Assembly: GCF_902459465.1 (NCBI RefSeq)
Contig: NC_047070.1
Coordinates: 19,654,001 to 19,718,000 of the forward strand
Length of the DNA: 64,000 nucleotides
Origin: Asterias rubens
Taxonomy: Eukaryota
Direction of reading: 5' to 3'
Position numbers and translations under genes: made by a program. Positions 44,821 to 55,300 of this stretch are shown in pieces. Under the pieces are notes generated by a model that did no database searches, had not been told where the DNA came from, and saw only the letters and a program-made list of their open reading frames with translations. Each line of letters begins with the position of its first letter. The stretch's first letter is position 1.

Positions 44821-47800
44821 TCATAACTTCACTGGTGTGTTGATGCACCGTGTTTTCCTGAGGCAACACCACCAACCACGTGACTGCATACGTCGACGGA
44901 TAGGAATAAAACAGAGTACCAGTGAGCAGCAAACGAAGCTTGTACTAATGACAATGAGGCTGACTACGTAATTACCAGTGACGTCAAATAAACCACCTGC
45001 GAAAATAAAACAAATATTAAGGGATTATTTGAATTGATCGTTATAGCAGTTTTGGTGATGGGATTTGAGGCATTGCAGGATGGGGTATCAATACAAGGGT
45101 CAGGCAACTTGGAGGCAACCAACTGCAGTGTATGCTACAGGACCACTTTGGTAGCGTGGGTCATTTTCCAAACATCGTCTTATACGATCCCACAGAAAAA
45201 TAGATGAACATTGAAATATGAATGTTCTTCTTGTTTGAGATATTGCCTGATTCCGGTAAATTGCTCGTGTAACACTACCCTACGGTTATGAAAATACCTG
45301 ATATAGGAGCGTTGAGCAACCCTCCCAAACCATATGGAAACATTGCTAGAATCATCACTCCATTGGCACTGTACTGTCTGAAGAGATCGGCTGCTATAAC
45401 GTTAGATGTACCAAACGCTACTGATCTCGTCACTCCAGCTGCTACAATATAGAAAAGTAAAAAGGGAGAGATGATTCGCCAATGGATGAAATAGACCTTT
45501 GGTGCAGCCATCTTGAATTTCTCCCATTGATATCAATGTTACTTATGTCCTGATTGGCTGTTTTGTATACATGTATGCGCTTTTGATTGTGTTACCTTTC
45601 TAAATGTTCACATTTAATTATTTCCCAAACAGAGTATGGAATAAACGTCTTATTTAATTGATAAGTCACTTTCCCAAGACACAATCAATCCGACTTACCC
45701 AATGCCAAGATAATAGATTCCGTGAAAGTCTGGACGATCGTCATTAATCCGAACAAGACGGTCCCCACGAGCATCGAAGCAGAGGCGCAGTAGATCTCCT
45801 TAACCGGAAGTTTCTTTCCAACGATGGCGATGAGAGCTTTCCCTGCGATGTCTCCTGCTGCGAAGAGCATAATGACCAGGGCGGTTTGTTCACTGCTTAG
45901 ACCTCGGCCATCCAGATAACTTGCCTGTTTGAGAATGGAGGAAGACAATTGGAGAACCCATTCTTCAGATTAACTGCTTTGCCAGGTACATATGTATATC
46001 ACTATTTTATTTTTCATATTTACATCCCATTTTCAGCAGCGTTGTTGCTGTTTGTAAGTTGTTTTGTGAATTGAATTGAATCACCCATCATGTGACGTCA
46101 TTAGTGCGAGCATCGTCTTCATATAATACTTACGAAATTTATGACGAAAAAGGTCCAGCCGAACGACAGGAGAATGATTGCGATGGTCCACAACCACGTG
46201 TCCAGACGTCTCACCATGTGACATACCTCCCAATGGCAAGAGCAACAACCTCGTCCCTCTGTCAACCTCGTCTCTTTGTCAGTTTCCATTTGAATATTCC
46301 CACCGTTATTATCTTCTTTGTCTTGAAGATCCACATTCATCGTCGACGTTTCTTCTGATCCGGCTTCAGAGTCTTTATCATCCTCTCGTAGAGAAATATG
46401 TTCCCTTTCACCTTCTTCTTTGATTGCTCGCTGTTTTTCCCGATGCCGCGGATCGTCGCTTGTTGGTGGCGGTTCAACGAGAAACACTCCAAAGGCGAAG
46501 CTGAGAGCCAAACATCCGCCGGCGACAAACCTCAACGACGCCCGCCACCCGAAGCGCGCAAAAGACGCTGTGAGTATGGGGCTGAAGACGAACATTCCTT
46601 CAGAGACGGAAAACCAAAGAAAAAGCTTTTAAATTGTTAAATTGTGGATAATAAGATAAACAATATCGTAGAAAGATGGCCTAGATTTTAAAATGGAAAC
46701 ATGTCTTTGTTCAAAGTAATACTTAGACATTAAGTTAATAATACCAAGTGGGAACCTTTTTCATTGCATGCTATGTACAATTGCTATTCATACAATTTTG
46801 TGTTTTTGCCACAATTAGGTTTGAACAAATTTGAGTATTACCTATAGATGATCCCATGGATACGATTGCATTGGCGCGAACATAATCTCTGTCTGCAAAC
46901 CAGTTGAGGACAACCACCGATGCCGCGTGGTTCACGAAGCTATTTCCGACTCCAACACCGACTCCGTAAGTTATGATGGCATATTTCACGGACGGAACCA
47001 ATGACGTCATCACAATTCCTGCACACAGGATGCATTGCCCCAGTAGGGTCATCGTACGATTCGTTATCCGATGAAGAAGCAGGGCGTCAAATGGACTTCC
47101 AAGGAAAGTCAGCGACCAAGCTAATGAACTCGGCCATCCTATACCGAACAACAACAAAAAATGTCAGTAGAATTTGAAACTTTGCATGGTAGAAATACGA
47201 TATGGAAAGGCTTGTGGTAACACCATGTCATGACTATCTCTAAATGAGTTGGGTCGGTTTTAACTCGACGTGTCGATCAGTATGCTCTGATCGTCTTCTG
47301 GAGAAAGCGGAAAAAAATGTTATTGTCAAATCAACGGGTAAACTGGTCCCCTTAATATTCAGCCACAAGGATGATGGCAGGTATTATTAATAGTGAGGTT
47401 TAGCTGCACGTTATACGCGAGCAAAAACGTGAACGTAAACGTCAACAAATTGTGTCATTCCTAGGTGACGTCAACACTGTGTGCCTTTTTCAGGCTCACG
47501 TATGACGTCTGCACGTACTTACCTGACGTGAAAATAAAATTTAGATTATGCTTAAACATGAGTGTACTTTCTCTTTTACACGGAAAGAAATCAATCTTGA
47601 GAAGTCAATGTCACTATAGATTTACCTGTAAGAGCAGCTCCTGAACCAAACTCCTCTTGTAAACTCACAAATAAAATGCTATAGTTCTGCAAAAAACCCA
47701 GGACGATGAAAAACTGAATCGCCGATGAGACTGTTACAACCCAATGCCACCAGCCAGAATATAATGTCTTCAATCTCAGGCGCATCATTATGCCTTCTTC

Positions 47801-47821
47801 CTTCGCTTCGGGAGCTGTCAT
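44821..47821 (-). CDS. SLC16/monocarboxylate-transporter-family MFS protein, 500 aa
   Basis: Exons 47821-47626, 47138-46842, 46597-46134, 45924-45699, 45441-45298, 44996-44821 (1503 nt, phases consistent). GWWHWVV at TM1, FGWRASLR, a long acidic central loop and GGLFDVTGNY. Confidence 0.9.
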
Positions 47822-49347
47822 TTTTATCTTCCAAAGTAATCACTGAAAAATAAAGAGGTGACGATTTCAACTTTTATCTAAGCGGTTTTGGGTCTGTCTT
47901 TTTTTCTGTAAAAACAGTACAATCAAGACACAAAGTGAGAACTGGTGTTCGGTGTTGTCACTGATTATGTTATGCGTCAGAATGCGTTGAAGATTCGGAA
48001 GTCATTTGGCCACAGTCGTAGTCTTGGTGCATGACGTTCTTGTTGAGATCATGTGCGCGGCTACTATGAGAAGTCGAGCGGGGGGTCGCGATATTTGAGT
48101 GGTATAGTGAATAACAACGTCTTGCACCAAGACTACCGTCGTAGCTGTATATAGCCTTCGGATACGGTATTATTTAATCATTACCTTATGTACCAACGCA
48201 CTGTTTTAAACAGTCGTTTTATACAGGGGCCTCGCCAGAGTAATAGGGGGGGCGGGGTTAGAAAGCGTGGTGGGGTAAGGACCTATACGGCTCATTACAT
48301 CTATAATCTAGTCTTATTGACACAACTCATAATTATGCCAAAATGCTAATTGCTAATTCACAATATGAGATTATAAGTAATTATTTTGTAATCTCCCTTT
48401 AAAGGGTCTGTATCTGTTTTAGTAATAAATATGGACATTTACGGCATGGGAAAAAAACTTACGCGGTTATATAGAACTTTGAGGAGTGCCACCCAGCTTT
48501 GGATTCAACAATGCATTTTGAGAAACATTTCACTTCAAGTAGGCCTACCGCGGTTGTAGAAAAAGATAACACTTTTTATCCCCTGATCTACCAAAATAGA
48601 TAAACTCACGAGAGCTCCACATCAGACACATGTAGCATTGCCCACAGTATACACAAGCAGTATATTTGCATGAATTAAATCCATATGCAAACATTGTTGA
48701 TTTTTTTAACGTAATAACACGGAGCAAGTAATAAGCAAACATATCATTTCATGTCATATGGGTCTTTCACCGCACGACCATCAGTATACCATATACCATG
48801 TAACTACACTACAAAACTATGGTGTTAAAATTTAACACACTATAGATACCGAACAAAGAAAACCATAATTAACATCATTTAGGGGGGTTAAAAATAAGAT
48901 CAATGTAATTGTTAAAAATAATTAGTGTTCTTTTAACCACTACTATGGTGTAAATTTTGATTGTTGGTATCAACATGTGACAACTCATGTGGTGTTGCGT
49001 TAACCATGGAGATAGAACAACCAAGTTTTTGCAGGTTGCTTATTTGGCCAGGTAGATTTTGTTCTTTGAGAGCTGTCTGGCTTTATATTGTACTACCGTG
49101 GAGTAGATTTAGGGAATTCGGGAGACTTGTCTCAGGCGGCTCTGAAACATAAAAGAGCAAGCTAGTCGACGTTGAGACCAATCACTCACTCCGCAGAAGT
49201 GACGTAAAAAGCCAAAGTAGCTAATAATAGTCCCCACCGATTTTCTACCTTCTGTCCAGGTAGTTGAAAAGCAAGACCATTGTTTTGGAAACTGAAAAGT
49301 CTCCCGAAATCGGAACATATACTCCTCTTTGTAGCAGAATATCAAGC

Positions 49348-49695
49348 ATAGTCCGGGAGCCCAGCAGGGTTTATTGGAAATTTTGAGCGCAAAAGGTTTG
49401 AGGTGTGGGATGTATAGTACCCCATGGGGGAACCTTAAAATGTGAATTCTTAAGCGCACCCTGTGGTGCGTTGGGAGGGGGAGCCCCCTTAACACACCCC
49501 CAAATTCCATTTCAATGAAATGTTGAGTGCAAGCTAAATTTTGGGGTGTGTTTAGGGGGCTCCCCCCTCCCAACGCATCACTGGGTGCGCTTAAGAATTC
49601 ACATTTTAAGGTTCCCCGATGGGGTACTACACATACCACACCTCAATCTTTAGCACTCAAAATTTCCAATAAACCCTGCTGGGCTCCCGGACTAT
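49348..49695. mobile_element. 348-bp foldback palindrome with AT|AG...CT|AT termini
   Basis: ATAGTCCGGGAGCCCAGCAGGGTTTATTGGAAATTTTGAG...CTCAAAATTTCCAATAAACCCTGCTGGGCTCCCGGACTAT. Arms of ~160 bp with a loop of ~30 nt. Confidence 0.88.
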
Positions 49696-50159
49696 ACCTG
49701 CCGAAGTAGATACACACATGGTGTTTCCGCAAAACCATCAACCAAATATTGACGCTTCACCATGCATTGCCTCAAATCCCATTCCACCCATAGTAAGTTA
49801 CAATGTAAGCTACTGGTAGGCTATATGCATTAGTCCTTGAATATTTCCAACCTTGAATGGCAGAACGCTCACCCTTTAAATGAATTGACAGATGCTGATG
49901 ATGTATAATATGTCACTGTGGTAGAATCAGTCTGCTGTGGAGACAGGTCGTGAAGACTTGTGCTAGCTAGAAACGCATGCACTTCGTGGCCTGCCTGCCG
50001 TTTCCTATCCCCCTTGACTGCAACATTCTGTATAGATAGGTAACTGCATTTGTCAATATCATTTCCGCAAAGATTTCCGGTAGTTCGAGCTGCTTTTCAG
50101 TTGTACATTAATTCAACAAGCCTATAGAAGTTAAACTTAAATAGTCCAACTTAATTCAC

Positions 50160-50690
50160 CTTCTCCGGCGTGGATGACGGGGCCTTATAAACCGAGACGC
50201 TCCAGCTAGGCCTACCGTCAAGCCTATCGGTGGTACAATTATTATATTTTATCTGCTGTCAACAACAGGGATCTCATTGCATTGTCACAACTCACAGACA
50301 GCAGCAGCGATATATAATTTTCACCCATTTAAAATATCACGAACGAGTGAGCATTAAACATGAAATACCATTCAGTAACGAGCGAGTTCAAGTTACACAC
50401 TATAATGCTTGTAGCTGGATGGATGGTCCGCGCACGGAGTATTAATATCCCGGTATGCATGCTAGACTTGTGAACAAGTCGTTAAATGTCTGTCGCCTTA
50501 TGTAGCGTTCGACTCTCTCCGCGATACCCGTGACACTGACGACTATCCTTGCGAGGCTACTGCTTTCGTCTGTAGCCAGCAGCTTTGCGCTAATGATCTC
50601 GCGAGAGCAGAATAATATCGTGGAAGCCCGAATCGCTGTACGCCACCACCAGGACTCGACTATCTCACCGCGACAGACCAAATCACGAAC
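50160..50690 (-). other. Candidate non-coding upstream exon and promoter of the SLC16-like gene
   Basis: CpG-rich segment with TCTCGCGAGA (~50598-50607) ending in the donor GAAG|gtgaat near 50159. The first MCT coding exon has an acceptor (tttttcag, exon from 47843) upstream of its ATG. Confidence 0.35.
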
Positions 50691-51100
50691 TAACTATTGA
50701 AGGAAAGGGTTTAGTTGATCCGAATTGGCGACTTTGGCTACAGCTAGCTTCGGCTAGATCAGATGTAGGGAAGGTGCAACTATGCTCAGGCATATATTTT
50801 TGCAGGTGTCCCATGGCGTTTGTGATGACCTCATTTGTATGTTAATATATGTAAGCCGGGGCAATGCAATTAACTTTGCCCTTGGGCGAGGACTATATTC
50901 TCCTGTCTAACTGCTCATCAACAAGCAGATGGGTAGCTTGAACACGATTTTTACTTCTCATTTTAGAAAATCCGAGAGGCATCGTTCGATTGTATTAATG
51001 CTGTATAACTGTATACATACAATAAAACTACGGTTGGAGTGTATTTTTAGGAATCGCCGCAAATCTAGAGTGCCGACTAGGAAAAATGATCCGAACAAAC

Positions 51101-51731
51101 TACGTGTAAATCAACTCCTAGTTTATCAAAGTTGAAGAGCAGTCATTGCGCTGATCAATTACTACCAGTGTACAGATTATTTTACCTGTCTTTAGCTTCT
51201 TTAGGGAGCCACTATGTGCTTCGTGGCCCCCGGGGCTGGGTGTATCTTATCAAGATGTTTCCAGCAATAGCATGAATTGTGTTTAATTTCGCCGAAATTT
51301 GGCAAGGGGGTATTTTAGGTACGTAGTTGAAGTCATGGTGGGAAAGTAGAATTTGGACGTGAAGTAAACGTTCTAAAATAATTATTCACTTTATGCTAAT
51401 GTTTAGTCGCGAGAATATGCAAATTTAATGTGAATAATTATTTCTTAAACGTTAACTTCACGTCCAATTTCCTCACTGCCCACCATGACTTAAACTACGT
51501 ACCCAAAGTACCCCCTTGCCAAATTTCGGCAAGGGTCAGATAATTGAACACAAATAAAACTGTCGCTGGAAACATCTCGATGAGATCGCCCAGCCCCGGG
51601 GGCTACGAAGCACGAAGTGGCTCCCTAAAGAAGCTAAAGACAGGTAAAAGAATCTTAAGTTTGGTAGTAATTGACAGTCGAAATGACTGCTCTTATTTTC
51701 AACTTTGTTAATCTGTATGAGTTGTTTCGTA
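51101..51731. repeat. 631-bp imperfect inverted repeat (foldback)
   Basis: Arms of ~290 bp, for example 51175-51213 versus 51616-51654 (39 nt, 1 mismatch); 40-nt loop at 51390-51429. Confidence 0.88.
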
Positions 51732-52376
51732 TACTGCCCACTATGACGTCAACTCCGTAGGCCCTACCCCGCCAAAAACTCCCTTGCAAAATTTCGGGTT
51801 AGGGTCAAATAACTTTATGAATAGAATCACCTCAATAAGATAAATCACAATAATAGACTGTCCATGGTGCCTTTCAATGACGTCACGTTCCAAACACTAG
51901 TTGCCCTACACATTCACTTGCCCCAAATAAGAACTCACACAAGAATGTTTAGTCCCTTATTTTAAGTGATTTCAAAAAGATATTCATTTTGGGAATATTA
52001 TTTGGTGCTTGTTAAGTTTTTTTCATCCTTTCGCGCGTTGGACCACCCCCTTTGATTATCAGAGGGTCTTTTTTCAATTAATAGACTCTGCCTCGTTTGT
52101 GTTTCTAGTTTGTCCTTGTTTCGTCGAAAAAGAACTTTTGTGTGTTGTTGTGCGCATGGTTAGACTTGATCACTAGTCGTTATGCGGTGCCTATTTGTTA
52201 CTAACACACATTCAGTGCGATCATACATGCAACGGTCGTAGGTAGCGCGCATATGCTCGAGCATGAGTGTACCGTCCCCGGGACCACACCGCGCTTAACA
52301 TTTACCGACTTGATTTTAAGACTAGCGCATGGTGATCAAATCTAGTCAACAGAGGGCGTTTTCCATACAGCACAAG

Positions 52377-55300
52377 ATGGCGGCGACCAGAGAAGGTAAC
52401 AAATACATTCTGATTTTTTTCACTCATAATTATGTTGGTTTGAAGGCACTGGATACGTTTAGTAATTGTCAACGACCAGTTTAAGCACTTGGTGGGATCC
52501 ACTTGGTGTATCCCAACAAACATAAAATAACAAATCTGTGAACATTTAGGCTTGTCAAATGGTTATCGGACGCAGAGTTTCAAGATGTTGAAAGCAAAAA
52601 AGGGTGTCGAGCGACTGTCGAAAAAAAAACCTTAACAGAGGTGGGCGGGCGGTCTGAGGTAGCCTGAGGTTGCAATTTTCCTGTTTATTTTTCCCCACTT
52701 TTGTTGTACTACACGAACCTACTACAACTTATTTCACGTATTTCTGACAGAAATTCTGTGAGCCCTGGTAGGACGTCAGTCAGTGCTACTGCACTGACGT
52801 CCTGGATATAAAGGTTCTTTACAATGCGAACACAAGTTTGACGACAATTTTCTTTATTTATTACCTGATTTGAGAAGCTGAAATTCCGTTCATATATTCA
52901 TAGTGTCCCTCACTATATTCTCAAAGAGTTCACAGCTAACAAATATATCCATGGAAGAAATTATATCCGAAAATATGTCGAAGTTCTGCACTGGCGATGT
53001 TGATCACCGTGTACAACTTGATAGTGTGAGCCCAAGTGCGCATGGCTTTGAGTACAGTGCATTATCTTGCCGCCATTCGCCGTCAAAACAGGGTAGGTGC
53101 CGTTAACTCGCCTTCAACACCTCCAATGTACATTTTAAAATCCAGGAGGCGTAAAATATTCCAGCTCAAATAGAATTTTCATAAAGTTCTGGTTGAATTT
53201 CGAGTACAAATATCAAGTTTTTTTCTTGTAAAAAAAATTTTTTTTAAGCGTGCAGCAAAATCGTCTGCCGCCGTCTTGCTTTTTCACAGTGCTTCCTGTA
53301 TATGTGCGGACAACAGAGGGTGCTTTCCTGCGCGCATGGTAAAAAGTGGCCTCATTTGTCCTAGGAAAAAAATACGCTTCCGGCTCATGAAGTCTTAGCA
53401 CGAAGTCTTAGCACAAGACGTCAATGCTCGGTATCGCATAGGTCTGCGCTTTGTGTAAATTGCTCACCGACTATTATCCATCTGCTTAGTGTTTGGTTAA
53501 CGCAGGTTGACAGCGATTTGGCTGCAAATAGTAGGCCACCAGTGGTCAGTGCAAGAAAGTGTTTACACGGAAGTTAGTGCACGACGTGGGATCGGAACAC
53601 GCTAATTTCAATTTTCTTTTCGCAAAATATTAACACCAAAGGAGAAAATTCAACAATTTTAAATAATGAGTTCCAACTACAAGGAACATGTGAGTAAGAT
53701 TTCAGACTCCCGAGTTAGGTAGAAATATTTTTAACAGATTTTGGAAATTTTTTCGCAATGTGGATGTGAGGCTTGTATTCGTATATAGGAAGAAGAAGAA
53801 GAAGAAGAAGAAGAAGAACTTGTAGTAGGTTATTGTTTCTTTTATGTAAACTGTATGCCTGATAAATTTTCTAAAAAATAACTAAATAAATAAAGATAAA
53901 CAATTTGTCTTGCATTTAGAATCAGCAGAGAGTGAACAGCGGCGGAGACGCAAGCATGGGATGCTCAAGATGTATTACGGACTTGATGATGAAACGGGAG
54001 GAGACACCAGTGCGAGTCCCATTGACATCGACGGGGCACACTTTGATTCAGAGATCTACCTGACTAAACTCATGAGAGAAAAGAGATTGACTGAGCTGGT
54101 AGATCAGGAGGTTGACATGGTTAAACGTGAGTCGAGTCTTATAAAAAGAAAAACCTCAAAACCTACTTTTTCAGTCGGCCTCGTCATTAATCATTTGTTG
54201 TTTTGTTGTTTTTCTTGTTTCTTTGCTTTGTAATTTTTTGTGTGTAATTGTTCAGCGCTTTGATCTTTGTGAAAGGCGCTCAATACCTATATTATTTAAA
54301 AACTATAATAATAATTGTAACTTTTGATTTTACCCATTATACACCAATGTATAAGAAGCACTGTTTACTCAGTACTTAGCAGAGCTCTGTGAAAAAAAAT
54401 CTCAGGCACATTACTTGGGTGGGATTCGTACCTTTGCAATCTAGAGTAGTGTCTTACCAACTAGACCTCCCTGATTGCTGGTAGCTAGAAGCTGTTCGAA
54501 TCCTATATTTTAGAAGCGGGTACCGCATTGATATAATAGATTGGACATTTTCATCAGGGATAAATCCTGATTTATTCGCCATGCAAATTTGTATCTTTTA
54601 TAATAATAATATTGGCTTCTTATATAGTGCTCATGTCCGTCACTCAGTGACACTCAAAGTCTTCAACATTTTGTCTTTCTTTCACAGAGATCCGGTCGCT
54701 AGATAGTGATATGCAGACCTTGGTGTATGAGAACTACAACAAGTTTATTAGTGCAACAGACACGATTAGAAAGGTAAATTCATTTAGTAAAATGTTTCAT
54801 GCAAATAATGTTCTTTCAGGAGAAGTGAAACTTCATAAAAATCCCCGTACACAAATTTAGAGATCCATTTTTCTCATCAGAAGTTTTGGATGTTGAAAAA
54901 TGTGCACTGGAAGGCTGTTGAATTTCACACCACTTCAACGTGAGGTTAGAGACTTGTAATTATTTCCCCACTCATTTTTTCCCCACTCACATGAGGACTC
55001 TAACGATTGGAAAATGAGAATATCACAAAATTGAATCGGTCATTTCCCTGCCTCTGTTTAATGAGTCTTGAGAGCTTTGTGGTATCAAGCCTGTCAATTT
55101 CACTTTAAAGAAACATCTTCAAATTTAAACCCTTCAAATTAACGTTATTATTTGTTGTTTTCTGTTATAGATGAAAACAGACTTTAAAAAGATGGAGGAG
55201 GAGATGGATCGCCTAGCAACCAACATGGACGCCATCACAGACTTCAGTGCTAAGATCAGCGGCACCTTACAAGACAGACGAGAGCAGATAACCAAGCTGA

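Noticed and set aside
49109-49639. 176-aa ORF with an internally repeated peptide
   Set aside because: It derives from the foldback palindrome and adjacent repeats.
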